Virus record (IMG/VR): IMGVR_UViG_3300022217_000113
Span: 1-49,902 of that record
DNA length: 49,902 bases
Direction: 5' to 3' (one strand)
Source of the DNA: a virus
Lineage: Duplodnaviria; Caudoviricetes
The notes beneath the pieces are model-generated. The model made no database searches. It saw only the letters and a list, made by a program, of their open reading frames with translations, and was not told the origin of the DNA. Positions 1 to 10,129 of the stretch are shown piece by piece. Numbering within the stretch: the first letter of the stretch is position 1; the number at the start of each line of letters is the position of its first letter. The position numbers and the translations under genes were made by a program.

Positions 1-2
1 TC

Positions 3-524
3 CGCGACTCGATTGGCGACCGCGCATTTACCGTTGGTGTTCTGGCGGTAGACGGCACGAACGTCGAAAACGTCCAAACCACGGCGGCTGTCGTGCATAC
101 GATCAATGGCGTGTTCCAGACTGATTTCCCTGCCACGGCAGAAATCGATCTGAGTACAGTTGCTGTTATCAGCGCGAAAGATGGTGCGACCTTGGCGGCT
201 CCGGTTGCCATGCCTGCATTAGCAGCTGGTGATGACCCGGAAACGAAGTGCTATATCCTTGCTTGCAAGGGTACAACCGAGTACATCATCGAGCCTGAAA
301 TCTCTAACGCCAGTCAGGATAAGTCAGATCATCCGCTCACCTGCCCAGCAGGTTACGCGCCGTTTGGTCTGATCAAGATCGTACATACCCCGACCTCCGC
401 GGTTGGTGTAGCGGCCTTTACCCTTGGTGTGGATGACTTGACCGGTATTACTGGTCGGGTAGCGAGCTTTTTCGATATTGCAGTCGTTCCACCGACTGTA
501 GCTTCAATCGTCAAAGCATCGTAG
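3..524 (+). CDS. 5'-truncated virion structural protein (probable capsid-associated/decoration protein)
   Basis: The frame of track ORF 93..524 stays open to the window edge (RDSIGDRAFTVGVLAVDGTNVENVQTT...). It is Ala/Val/Thr-rich, followed by a terminator, and precedes head-tail genes. Confidence 0.55.
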   Translation, partial: RDSIGDRAFTVGVLAVDGTNVENVQTTAAVVHTINGVFQTDFPATAEIDLSTVAVISAKDGATLAAPVAMPALAAGDDPETKCYILACKGTTEYIIEPEISNASQDKSDHPLTCPAGYAPFGLIKIVHTPTSAVGVAAFTLGVDDLTGITGRVASFFDIAVVPPTVASIVKAS

Positions 525-534
525 TAAATTGAAC

Positions 535-560
535 CTGGCCGGCTCCGGTCGGCCAGTTTT
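535..560 (+). terminator. Rho-independent terminator
   Basis: CTGGCCGGC-TCCG-GTCGGCCAG hairpin followed by TTTT, just after the stop at 524. Confidence 0.7.
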
Positions 561-654
561 AATGTAAGCTCGTCGGGAGACGAGAAAATCCCACGCAGCG
601 TAGTAGGCTGCTAATGGCCCCCCTTAAAAGGGCGACTAGAAGACGGAGTAATTT

Positions 655-1095
655 ATGAACGATGAATTCAACCTGGCTACGGCCGACAAACATGAGCTGA
701 AGTATTATGCCAAAGAAGAGCTTGGCCTATCGCTACCGCTCACCATGAACGAAGACACAATGCGCGAGAAGATTCAGGCGCACTGTAAAGCTAACGGCAT
801 TACCGGCCCGGTCGCGAAGATCGAGACACGCAAGACCGACAAAAAGGGCAAGGTCAAATACATTACAATCAATGTTGCCAAACAGGATAAGAAGGGCGGT
901 GCAGAACCGGCTTTCGTTGGTGTCCAGGGAGTAGGCTATGCCATCCCTCGCGGCATTAATGTTGACGTACCGGAATCTGTTGTCGAGGTTCTGAAAAACG
1001 CCAAACAGGATATCGTTACTCAGGATACTGAGACCGGCGAAATCCACAAGGAAGAGGTAATGACTTACCCTTTCCAGATCGTGGCTAACGGCTAA
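655..1095 (+). CDS. conserved phage protein of the head module
   Basis: GGAG SD; C-terminal FVGVQGVGYAIPRGINVDVPESVVEVL motif of a type seen downstream of capsid genes in podoviruses. Confidence 0.6.
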   Translation: MNDEFNLATADKHELKYYAKEELGLSLPLTMNEDTMREKIQAHCKANGITGPVAKIETRKTDKKGKVKYITINVAKQDKKGGAEPAFVGVQGVGYAIPRGINVDVPESVVEVLKNAKQDIVTQDTETGEIHKEEVMTYPFQIVANG

Positions 1096-1097
1096 CC

Positions 1098-1781
1098 GTG
1101 AATTACCTCGAACTCTGCGTCAGGGCAAGACAGGAAGCCGGGGTATCGGGTAGCGGTCCCACGACCGTTACCGGCCAAACAGGGAAGCTGGAAAAAATAG
1201 TCAACTGGGTTCAGCAGGCCTGGATCGAGATACAGCTCATGCGGCCGAACTGGCTGTTCATGCACGCTGAATTCAGCTTTCCGACAGTGGCCGCAACCCG
1301 GGACTACCTCGCCGCAGACGTAAGCATTACCGATTTAAAGCTCTGGGATACGGGATCGTTTATGATTTACGAGACCGCGCTTGGAGAATCAGATCAGAAT
1401 CAACTTGTTTATCTCCCGTATTCACAGTGGCGCAGCACCTATCGCATAGGTATGGGCGACAGGGATGATGCCAGGCCGCAATACTTCACGATCATGCCGG
1501 ATAACAGTGTGCGCATGGAGCCACGGCCTGATAAGATTTACACCATTGAAGGCGAGTACAAGAAATCGTCCCAGGTGCTGGCATTGGACGCAGACGAACT
1601 CACTGGATTCCCCGACGACTTTCACATGCTGGTTGTGTGGCAAGCCCTCAAAACGTACGGTCATTTTGAAAACGCTCCCGAAGTGTTGGAAGAAGCCGAG
1701 ACTAATTTTGATAACTTGCTATACCGGCTTGAAATTGAACAACTACCGGTATTTAGCGAGGACAGAGAGAGCCTTGCGTAA
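1098..1781 (+). CDS. head-tail adaptor / tail tubular protein A-like
   Basis: 227 aa, N-terminal MNYLELC..ARQEAG helix; TAATG-coupled to a 703-aa nozzle-like gene. Confidence 0.65.
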   Translation: MNYLELCVRARQEAGVSGSGPTTVTGQTGKLEKIVNWVQQAWIEIQLMRPNWLFMHAEFSFPTVAATRDYLAADVSITDLKLWDTGSFMIYETALGESDQNQLVYLPYSQWRSTYRIGMGDRDDARPQYFTIMPDNSVRMEPRPDKIYTIEGEYKKSSQVLALDADELTGFPDDFHMLVVWQALKTYGHFENAPEVLEEAETNFDNLLYRLEIEQLPVFSEDRESLA

Positions 1782-3892
1782 TGCGCCGATCTAATCTCGC
1801 CCGAAAACCAAATGGGGCTGTCCGTACCAAAAGCTTTTCATTAAAAGGCGGACTCAATCTTGTCGATTCACCTATGTCGATTCCGGAAGGATCGGCTCTA
1901 CTCGCTCGCAATTACGAACTGCTTCCTACCAATGGATACCGCCGCATACAGGGCCATGAGCGCTTTGATGGTCAGTCAAAGCCGTCAGAGGCCAGTTACT
2001 GGATTCTGAACTACGATGGCGGCACGGGCGCAATCTCCGAAGGTGATACCGTTACCGGGCTTGTGACCGGCCATACCGGCGTAGCTTTGCTCGACCAGGT
2101 TGGAACCGTGGCCAGCGGTTACCTGGTGCTGACAAACTGTACCGGCGTATTCCAGGACGATGAAGCACTCCAGGTCAGCGCAGTAACGAAAGCTATCGCC
2201 AACGGAACTGCTGACGAGCGCGGAGCCAGTAGCGCAGCCGATGATGCTACCCATATACAGGACGCTATCGAGACTCAACGAGCTCTGATCGGCAAAGTAG
2301 GCGCAGCTGATGGCTCTGGCGCGGTACTCGGCGTGCATGTATTTCAGGGCGATACCTATGCTTTCAGGAACAACGCGGCCGGTACTGCCTGCCTGATGTG
2401 GAAATCGACTGCTGCAGGGTGGGTTCAGCAGACACTTGGTAACCGTATCAGCTTCGCAGACGCAGGCGCGGGCGTGGCCTATGTCGAAGGCGAAACCATT
2501 ACAGGCACGACCAGCGGTGCCTCAGCGGTGATAAGCAGGGTGGTATTGCAATCTGGCGCCTGGGGAACGGACGCAGCCGGGTATTTCATTATCGGTGCCG
2601 TGACCAGCGGGCCATTCCAGGCCGAGGCAACAACCGGGTCAGTATCAGGCGCGGTACCGATTACCGGTGCTGAGACAGCAAATACGATTGCGCCTAACGG
2701 CCGCTTTGAATTCGAGAATTACAATTTCTTTGGGTCCACGCAGACCAGGCGAATGTATGGCGTCAGTGGCGTCGATTATGCGTTCGAGTGGGATGGCTCA
2801 GTCTTTGTGCCGATCATTACCGCCAATACAGTCGATACGCCTTCGCACCTGGCAATCAACGAATATCATCTGATGCTGGCATTCGCGAACGGTTCCCTGC
2901 AAAACTCGTCAACGGGCACGCCTTATAAGTGGGCAGGCGGCGGCGCGGCCGAGATCGGCGTCGGTGCCGATATCGTTGGACTCAAGAAAGAAATAGGTTC
3001 AGCTCTGGTCATTCTTTGCAGAAGCAAAACTTTTGCCCTGTATGGAAAGAATACAACTGCCTCACCATGGGACTTGAGAACTATCTCAGAAGAGTCAGGC
3101 GGTATTGAATGGTCGATGCAGCGTATTGGTCAATCAAGATGGCTCGACGATCTCGGGTTTATAAACCTGTCAGCGGTACAGGAATACGGTGATTTTGCGG
3201 CATCTACCTACAGTCAAAAAATCGAGCCTTTGGTAACGGCCAAAAAGGAATTGCTGACGGCCTCGATCATCTGCAAGAAAAAGAATCAGATACTCACTTA
3301 TTTCTCTGATGGCTCGGGCATTGTCGCCACATTCAACAATAAGAAACTGTCAGGATTTACCACGATAAAATATACGGACGGTGCCGGTGCCGCGCTCTAT
3401 GTGAACTGTACTGCGAACGGAGAAGACAGTAACGGGTTCGAGGTAATGTTTCTCGGCGGCAGCGATGGCTATGTTTACCAGCTGGACAGCGGAACATCGT
3501 TCGATGGCGCGGTATTGTCGGCTACGTTTGTTCTGGCCTATCACCACCTGGGATCGCCGTCTTATAACAAAGCATTTAAGAAGGTTGTTATCGAGGCGGA
3601 TGGCGCGGTCGGTGCCCTGATTCAATACAATGCAATTTATGATTACTCCAGCGGGAAATCGCCATCCGGTATTACTCTGGAGGAATCCATGGATTCTGGC
3701 GGATACTACTGGAATGAAGTATTCTGGAATCAGTTCAACTGGTCATCGGCTGATGTAACTTTGGTTGAAGGAGACCTGGATGGAGAAGGCAGAAACATCG
3801 GATTGCAGATCACGTCAACCAGCACCTATTCGGAGCCGCATACCTTATTCGGCGTAACCTATCATTACTTATTGAGAAAATTGGTGAGATAA
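1781..3892 (+). CDS. tail nozzle / stabilisation protein (tubular protein B, P22 gp10-like)
   Basis: 703 aa, beta-rich; GGLNL..SP start and typical C-terminal beta domain; position after the adaptor. Confidence 0.65.
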   Translation: MRRSNLARKPNGAVRTKSFSLKGGLNLVDSPMSIPEGSALLARNYELLPTNGYRRIQGHERFDGQSKPSEASYWILNYDGGTGAISEGDTVTGLVTGHTGVALLDQVGTVASGYLVLTNCTGVFQDDEALQVSAVTKAIANGTADERGASSAADDATHIQDAIETQRALIGKVGAADGSGAVLGVHVFQGDTYAFRNNAAGTACLMWKSTAAGWVQQTLGNRISFADAGAGVAYVEGETITGTTSGASAVISRVVLQSGAWGTDAAGYFIIGAVTSGPFQAEATTGSVSGAVPITGAETANTIAPNGRFEFENYNFFGSTQTRRMYGVSGVDYAFEWDGSVFVPIITANTVDTPSHLAINEYHLMLAFANGSLQNSSTGTPYKWAGGGAAEIGVGADIVGLKKEIGSALVILCRSKTFALYGKNTTASPWDLRTISEESGGIEWSMQRIGQSRWLDDLGFINLSAVQEYGDFAASTYSQKIEPLVTAKKELLTASIICKKKNQILTYFSDGSGIVATFNNKKLSGFTTIKYTDGAGAALYVNCTANGEDSNGFEVMFLGGSDGYVYQLDSGTSFDGAVLSATFVLAYHHLGSPSYNKAFKKVVIEADGAVGALIQYNAIYDYSSGKSPSGITLEESMDSGGYYWNEVFWNQFNWSSADVTLVEGDLDGEGRNIGLQITSTSTYSEPHTLFGVTYHYLLRKLVR

Positions 3893-3893
3893 A

Positions 3894-4856
3894 ATGTCAG
3901 CTTTCTGGAATTTCGTAACACGATTTACCGCGGGTACTCTGGCGAAAGCCGAGGACGTAAACACTAATCTTGATGGTATTGATGCTGGCCTGGCCCTGGT
4001 CGAGACAGAGATCGATAAGGCGGTTCAGATTACAAACGGGGCAGGAGTCACCGATATCGTGCTCAGTGCCGCCGCCAGGGCGAACAAGCTGCTTGCCTTC
4101 GATGCGAACGGCGATATCGCTGCCTCCACGATCTTAGGCGACTGGAAAGGCAACCACGCGGCCGCCGCCGGTACTGATTACCAGATCCGGGACGTGGTAA
4201 AGGATTCAACCGGTGCGCTCGGGTTGAACAATCTCTATATCTGTATCAGCACCCATACCTCGACCGGAACCCTGCTGACGGATACCGCGAACTGGGAGCT
4301 GCTGGTAGATGCGGCCGTGGTAGCAGCCGCCCAGGTTACGATTGCAGATGCTGGCGCCCTGATCACCGCAACTGATGTTGAGGGCGCATTACAGGAGGCT
4401 TTCGGCGAGATCGATGCCAATACAGCAGCTGTAGCGTTACGCGCTCTGCTGGCGGGCGGTAACACGTTCACCGGTACCCAGAACCTGTCAGATGGCATAC
4501 TACAGCGGCCAAAGATTCAGGATTACGGAGCAGTATTGACTAGCCCCAGTAGTTCGTCTGGAGTGTTGACCCTGGATTACTCGCTCGGCAATGTATTCGT
4601 GGTGACGCTGACGGAAAACATTACTTCGATAGTGATCACCAATCCACCAGCAACCGGTGTTTATGGCGAAATGATTATCAAGTTTATTCAGGATGCGGCC
4701 ACATTGAGAACAATCGCATGGGCGGCAGCCTATCTATGGCCATATGGAGTAGATCATGTGATGACGCCAACCCTGTCTGCAATAGACTGGGTTACGCTCA
4801 GGACGACAGATGGCGGTACAACCTGGTTTTGTGATTCAGCTCAGGCGTATGCGTAA
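3894..4856 (+). CDS. tail fibre / fibre-attachment protein
   Basis: N-terminal GTLAKAEDVN anchor-like segment and C-terminal LTLDYSLGNVFVVTLTEN..WP..D fibre-type domain. Confidence 0.6.
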   Translation: MSAFWNFVTRFTAGTLAKAEDVNTNLDGIDAGLALVETEIDKAVQITNGAGVTDIVLSAAARANKLLAFDANGDIAASTILGDWKGNHAAAAGTDYQIRDVVKDSTGALGLNNLYICISTHTSTGTLLTDTANWELLVDAAVVAAAQVTIADAGALITATDVEGALQEAFGEIDANTAAVALRALLAGGNTFTGTQNLSDGILQRPKIQDYGAVLTSPSSSSGVLTLDYSLGNVFVVTLTENITSIVITNPPATGVYGEMIIKFIQDAATLRTIAWAAAYLWPYGVDHVMTPTLSAIDWVTLRTTDGGTTWFCDSAQAYA

Positions 4857-6244
4857 TGCTTTTAGCAGGTAAATTCGGATCGATAGGAAATCGGGAGCAG
4901 GCCAATGGCTATTTCGGCCATATATTCGATCAAGGCCTTTACGGAACATTAAGCTACGGAACCAGCAAGGTCGATACCTCCGGAAATGTTTACACGCTCA
5001 TGTATATGCTGCTCACCAATCCCGGGCCTGGAGAGTATTATCGAATCTATTTGACCAAGCACAATTCTAGTGGCGTAAAACAGTGGGAGAGAAGAATATA
5101 TAGCGTGGCAAATTCCAAGCATGATGCCATGGATATTGCGATCAACCCGGCGAGTGCGACAACCGATATTTTTATTACTTTCAAGTATCGTGCAGGCGAG
5201 ATCTGGGGTCTGGCCATGTATAACAATTCTGGCACTATTCAATGGCAGCGAGAAATTACTCTAACTAACACCAGCCGCGGCGCTAAATATCATCGTTCAA
5301 GTGTATCCTACAATGTGACGACTGGCCTGGTGTGCGCGAGCATGAGCCACCTGTTTGCAGCTACTGATATCCGTACTATTGCCGGCGTTTGGAATACTTC
5401 AGGCGTGAATCAGGATCTGAGATATCTTTATAAAGGCGCCAATAGCTATGTGGAACCAACCTCAGTAACCCAGGACGCATCTGGCAATATTTATTGGTTT
5501 GTAAATTACGACACAACCACTACGTCATCGAGAGCAGTATTGATGAAGTTCAACAGCTCGTATGTCCTTCAATGGCAGCGAGCAGTAGGTGACGGCACCG
5601 GCACTGATGGCAATGTATACGGCACCGGCATAGTTGTTGATTCTGCTGAAACCGGAATCTATGTGTGCGGTTATGGTGATGCTGCGACGGATACATTGTG
5701 GGTATTCAAATATAATGCTTCCGGCACTCTTCAATGGAAGCGCGATATTACGGCCTCCACTACGTTAACTGCGCTGGCTATCGATGTAGACGGCAGCGAT
5801 GACCCAATCGTAAGCGGTCAGAATGATTTCGATACCAGTTCAACTGCCCAGGTAGCAATGAAACTAAATGCCTCGGATGGAACAGTTGCATGGGCTTTGA
5901 GATTAGTGGATGCTGAATTTACCGGCGTTTCAACCCCCCGAATTACTGAAGACCCGACTTCCGGAGATATTTATGTAGCTACAAAAGGAAAGGCCAAAAC
6001 AGGCGAACCGTCATCTGTATCAAGATTAACCGGCACCGCGGTATGGCGAATTGACGTAAGCGCACTGGCGCATGGTTTCATTGGCCCCTATTATCAGACA
6101 AGATTGGTATACTCTGAAGCAGCCAGCGCTATCAGCGACAATGCTGGCCCAGCTTCAAATACGACCACCGGTATTTTGACAGAATCAGCCGGAACCTTTA
6201 CAGCTGATACAACTGCTGAAGTTGATATGGAATATTATTACTAG
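4856..6244 (+). CDS. beta-propeller repeat protein, putative receptor-binding/tail protein
   Basis: Repeated (V/Q)D.SGN.Y ... K(H/Y/F)N.SG..QW.R blades. Confidence 0.6.
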   Translation: MLLAGKFGSIGNREQANGYFGHIFDQGLYGTLSYGTSKVDTSGNVYTLMYMLLTNPGPGEYYRIYLTKHNSSGVKQWERRIYSVANSKHDAMDIAINPASATTDIFITFKYRAGEIWGLAMYNNSGTIQWQREITLTNTSRGAKYHRSSVSYNVTTGLVCASMSHLFAATDIRTIAGVWNTSGVNQDLRYLYKGANSYVEPTSVTQDASGNIYWFVNYDTTTTSSRAVLMKFNSSYVLQWQRAVGDGTGTDGNVYGTGIVVDSAETGIYVCGYGDAATDTLWVFKYNASGTLQWKRDITASTTLTALAIDVDGSDDPIVSGQNDFDTSSTAQVAMKLNASDGTVAWALRLVDAEFTGVSTPRITEDPTSGDIYVATKGKAKTGEPSSVSRLTGTAVWRIDVSALAHGFIGPYYQTRLVYSEAASAISDNAGPASNTTTGILTESAGTFTADTTAEVDMEYYY

Positions 6245-6250
6245 GAGAGT

Positions 6251-6604
6251 ATGAAAAAATTAATATTAATGTTTTTGTTTATCTTTCCGCTGCAGGCAAT
6301 GGCGTGGGATAAAAACGATACCAGGCGCGAAGTAGCCTGGCAGATCATACATGCCATTGATTATGGTCAGACTCTGGATATCGCAAAGAATCCACACAGA
6401 TTCACCGAAGGCAACCCGATACTGGGAAGGCATCCTTCGACGGATCAGGTTCATGCGTATATGCTCACCGGAGCATTGCTGCATTACGCGGTAGCCAGGA
6501 AACTGAAACCGAAATACAGAAAACTGTTTCAATATGTCAGTATCGGACTGAGCGGATCGTGCGTAGTATCAAACGCAAGAATCGGAATCAAAATTAATTT
6601 CTAG
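6251..6604 (+). CDS. exported/membrane protein with signal peptide
   Basis: AGGAG SD; MKKLILMFLFIFPLQAMA signal peptide; D.GQT...E.NP.LG motif. Confidence 0.6.
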   Translation: MKKLILMFLFIFPLQAMAWDKNDTRREVAWQIIHAIDYGQTLDIAKNPHRFTEGNPILGRHPSTDQVHAYMLTGALLHYAVARKLKPKYRKLFQYVSIGLSGSCVVSNARIGIKINF

Positions 6605-6620
6605 CTGGAGGCGAACAATC

Positions 6621-7466
6621 ATGGCCCTGCCAATAACAGACCCAAATCTACAGCAGCCGCAGAACGGGATTGTCAGCAATCAAACAGGCACTCAACCTGC
6701 TGCTCCACAGACAGCTGAGCCTGTTCCAGCTCCAGCGGTCGCGCCAACTCCAGGTGCCGCACCAATGGCCGCCGAAGCGCCTGCCGCGCCAGAGCCAACA
6801 TTCAAAGCGCCGCCAGCACAAGCGGTTACCTCCCAGGTAGCGCCAGAGGGAGAGACCGTTGAAAGCCGTCTCGGAGCACTTACCGAGAAGGGCAGCAAAT
6901 ATACTGAGCTGGCCAGACAGGACGCCATACGTCAGGCCGCAAGTCGTGGCCTGATCAATACCACGATGGCCGGTGCTGCCGGTACCGAGGCCGCGATCCG
7001 CGCCGCGTTGCCGATTGCGCAGCAGGACGCGCAGACCATGACCGAAACCAGAATGAGGAATCAGGCAGCTGAACAAGAGCTGGTAAGGAATCGCCAGGCT
7101 GCCGATCTGAACATGGAAGTCGCTTCGCTTGAGGACACGTTCAGGGCCAATCAAATGAAGCTTGATACTCAACTGAAGACAAGGCTTCAGACGACACTTC
7201 AGAGCCAGAAACTCAGCGATGAGGTCAAAATACAGGCATTGTCCACGATCAATAACATCGTGCGTGATACCGCCGCGCAGATAGCTGAGATTGGTTTATC
7301 AGATAGATCGGCAGAACAGCAGGCGTCAGCAATCCAGCAGCTTCAGAGAAATCGCGATGCGGAAATTGCTGTATATGAGAATCTTCTCAGCAATATGTCG
7401 GACTGGTACTGGGGCACAGAGTTTACACCTGGCGCCGCACCGCCTCCGCCACCGGCAACTGTATAG
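6621..7466 (+). CDS. putative internal virion / DNA ejection protein
   Basis: GGAGG SD; Pro/Ala-rich N-terminus then helical Gln-rich region (ASRGLINTTMAGAAG). Confidence 0.5.
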   Translation: MALPITDPNLQQPQNGIVSNQTGTQPAAPQTAEPVPAPAVAPTPGAAPMAAEAPAAPEPTFKAPPAQAVTSQVAPEGETVESRLGALTEKGSKYTELARQDAIRQAASRGLINTTMAGAAGTEAAIRAALPIAQQDAQTMTETRMRNQAAEQELVRNRQAADLNMEVASLEDTFRANQMKLDTQLKTRLQTTLQSQKLSDEVKIQALSTINNIVRDTAAQIAEIGLSDRSAEQQASAIQQLQRNRDAEIAVYENLLSNMSDWYWGTEFTPGAAPPPPPATV

Positions 7467-7479
7467 GAGCCATGACTGA

Positions 7480-7935
7480 ATGAGTGGGATCAGGTTAGGT
7501 GATATACCGGATATGAACGCTATCTGCGACCTGGCAGCGGAATTGCTTGATCAAAGCGTATATGCTGGAATCAAGCCAGATCAGGAAAAATTCAGGCTGC
7601 TTGTTGCCAACCTGATGGGACACAAGCAAGGAACTGTCCTGGTCATTGTCGATGATGAAGACAGGCCGCAAGGATTTTTACTCGGCATATTGGAAGAGTT
7701 ATTTTTTAGCAGAAAACGTATGGCTACTGATTTAGCTATATATGTGAGAGAAGGTTACCGCCACCTAGCGCCGTCAATGGTCAAGCAATTTATTGCATGG
7801 GCAGAAAGTAAGCCGCGTTTGGTGTTGATTACACTCGGTATCTCCAGCGGTATCGGCGATCCTGACAGAGTGGGTAAATTTTATGAAGATATTGGATTAC
7901 CGGCAGTAGGCGGTATTCACATGAAGAGGTATTGA
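7480..7935 (+). CDS. GNAT-fold acetyltransferase-like virion assembly protein
   Basis: IR.G...D start, DLAIYVREGYR and KFYEDIG motifs; usual position before podovirus ejection proteins. Confidence 0.7.
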   Translation: MSGIRLGDIPDMNAICDLAAELLDQSVYAGIKPDQEKFRLLVANLMGHKQGTVLVIVDDEDRPQGFLLGILEELFFSRKRMATDLAIYVREGYRHLAPSMVKQFIAWAESKPRLVLITLGISSGIGDPDRVGKFYEDIGLPAVGGIHMKRY

Positions 7936-7937
7936 TT

Positions 7938-8720
7938 ATGTCAGGCATCCCAATCATCGGAAAAATATTCGACGCGATCATGGACAGTCCAGTTCTTAAA
8001 GCGGTTGTTGTCGCGGCAGCAGTTTGGTTCACAGCAGGAACAGCCACGGCGTACTTTGCCGCCCCGCAAGCGGGATTGGGGGCAGCCATGCAATCGTCGG
8101 CGAGTAGTATGTGGACAGCCACGACCAATTTCTTTGGAGCAGACGCAGCCGCCAGTGGCGCAGCAGAAGCCGCAGCCGAGGCCAGTTCAATCACGGCCGA
8201 GGCCGCAGCCGCATCTGAGGGCATTGGTGCCACGACTTCAATCGCAGAAATAGAGGCCGCTGGTGCCGGGGCTGGTGCGGCCAGTGCAGCAGAGCCAACA
8301 CTTGCACAGCTGGGAACCGCTCCGACCACGCCATCGATGGCTGGCGCACAATTACCAGGTGCAGGCGCTCTGCCGGCCACCGCTCCGGCAGCTTACCCCG
8401 GTGCCGGTATCGTTAACTGGATGGCAAAGAATCCGATACCGACAATGGTTATCGGGCAAGGACTAGCCGGAGCTTCAGCTGCTGGAGCTGAACAGGAAGC
8501 CGCAGACAGAGCCGCGGCTGAACGAAGAGAGCGCGGCCTGATGGGCTTTAAGTATGGCGGGGAATACGGCGGCGGTGTAGTAGGAAGTCAGATGCAGCAA
8601 CCAGTTGGAGCAGGCACACAGCCGATAGCAGCGCCAACAGTCGCACAGCAGGCGCCGCAGCAGATTATGGTTCCAAAAGAGGAACTGCCTAATTTAAGCA
8701 AACAAGGGCGTATTGCATAA
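7938..8720 (+). CDS. DNA ejection (pilot-like) protein
   Basis: ATG at 7938 after GAGGT SD; hydrophobic N-terminal segment, very Ala/Gly-rich. Confidence 0.55.
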   Translation: MSGIPIIGKIFDAIMDSPVLKAVVVAAAVWFTAGTATAYFAAPQAGLGAAMQSSASSMWTATTNFFGADAAASGAAEAAAEASSITAEAAAASEGIGATTSIAEIEAAGAGAGAASAAEPTLAQLGTAPTTPSMAGAQLPGAGALPATAPAAYPGAGIVNWMAKNPIPTMVIGQGLAGASAAGAEQEAADRAAAERRERGLMGFKYGGEYGGGVVGSQMQQPVGAGTQPIAAPTVAQQAPQQIMVPKEELPNLSKQGRIA

Positions 8721-9351
8721 GGGGATCATTATGGAAGGCATGACAGAAGCAACAGAAAATCCCCGAGGCTTTGGTGGAGCGTCAAGCCCTGTAGATGATG
8801 GGCCAGCTCGGGCCACCCCTGAAGAACAACAGGATTACGAGCTTATTGCCATCAGATCCAGAAAAATGATCTTCGGCCCAGGCAAGGAAAAAATATTGGA
8901 AATGCTTGGCAGCAGCGAAAGCCCGGCCAAGGGAATGGGCAAGGTAGCGTCGATGCTGATCAAGTCACTGGTTGATTCAGGCAAACAGCAGGGCCGAGAA
9001 ATAAGCCCGGACGCCGCTATCAATGCGGGCGCAGTCGTGCTCGACGATCTGAATAAACTGGGAAAAGCGAAAGACGTGTTCCAGTACGATGACCAGGAAA
9101 GCGAGGACAAAGAACTGCAGGACGCCATGTTGTGGGGCGTTAAATTCTACGGTGACGGCATGATTGCCGAAGGTGAGGTCACGCCAGAAATAAAAAACAT
9201 GGCCAGAAAACAGGTCAAAGAAGGTATTGCAGAAGAAATGTCCGCCGGGCCGAAGCCGAAGAAAATGGCAACAGCTGTTAACCAGGCGGTAAACGACCAG
9301 GCCATGGCGAGCCCTGGTCTTGTCGGTAGCGCAATGAAAGAGGGAGCATAA
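8713..9351 (+). CDS. putative internal virion protein
   Basis: Helical 212-aa ORF within the ejection module; alternative start ATG 8731. Confidence 0.5.
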   Translation: MHKGIIMEGMTEATENPRGFGGASSPVDDGPARATPEEQQDYELIAIRSRKMIFGPGKEKILEMLGSSESPAKGMGKVASMLIKSLVDSGKQQGREISPDAAINAGAVVLDDLNKLGKAKDVFQYDDQESEDKELQDAMLWGVKFYGDGMIAEGEVTPEIKNMARKQVKEGIAEEMSAGPKPKKMATAVNQAVNDQAMASPGLVGSAMKEGA

Positions 9352-9353
9352 TC

Positions 9354-10115
9354 ATGGGCGGAATAATCCGAGGATTCATTGGTGGTGCCGGAAAAGCTAT
9401 GTCCGATGTGGGAAAGATGATGCTCGGCGAAAAACTACAGAGCGAGCGCGATGAAGCAAATGCCTTGCGGGATGCTGAACTCCGAAGGACGCTGAAAGCC
9501 GAGGATCGTGAATTCGCTACCAGCGAAAGAGAAGCTGGTCAGAAATTTGCTGCCGGTGAGTCTGCCAAGAGAGAAGCGGGCGCAAAAGAACGTGCATTGA
9601 TTGGCGCCGGCAAAACAAGAAATCCGCAGCTGATTAAATATACCGACTCAAAAGGCTTTGAGCAGCAGGGCGTATTGAAGGATATGGGCGGCGGCAAATA
9701 CAGTATTGTGAAACCGGATACCGGTGAACCCGTTGAAGAAAATATCTCTACCGAAGAGCTGAAGAACATGGCCGCCAAGATGACGACCGAAAGCGGCAAG
9801 GGAGAAGACTGGATTCCGTGGAATGAATACGGATACAAGGATCCCGAAGTCCGAGCAGCCGTAGCAGCCGAGAAAGCAAAACCAGAAACAGCGCCGAAAC
9901 CGAAACCAGGCATTGTCAGTGAAAAGATGAGGGACAAGGATACCGGTGAAGTCACTGGCGAAGTGGAGAAATCTTTCACCCAGGTTTCTGGAGGCGGAGA
10001 ATCAAAACAGATAGGCACGCGAACGATCACGAAACAACAATATATTGATGCTATGGTATCGCAGCATGGCAAAGATAAATTGAAGCAGATCGAGGCCCAG
10101 TGGGCGTCCTACTAA
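9354..10115 (+). CDS. putative internal virion / ejection protein
   Basis: GGAG SD; MGGIIRGFIGGAGKA N-terminus followed by a charged coiled region. Confidence 0.5.
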   Translation: MGGIIRGFIGGAGKAMSDVGKMMLGEKLQSERDEANALRDAELRRTLKAEDREFATSEREAGQKFAAGESAKREAGAKERALIGAGKTRNPQLIKYTDSKGFEQQGVLKDMGGGKYSIVKPDTGEPVEENISTEELKNMAAKMTTESGKGEDWIPWNEYGYKDPEVRAAVAAEKAKPETAPKPKPGIVSEKMRDKDTGEVTGEVEKSFTQVSGGGESKQIGTRTITKQQYIDAMVSQHGKDKLKQIEAQWASY

Positions 10116-10129
10116 CAGGGAATGAATAA

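Noticed and set aside
3894-6244. Possible diversity-generating retroelement or invertible tail-fibre system
   Set aside because: No reverse transcriptase or invertase, and no template/variable repeat pair or flanking inverted repeats noticed
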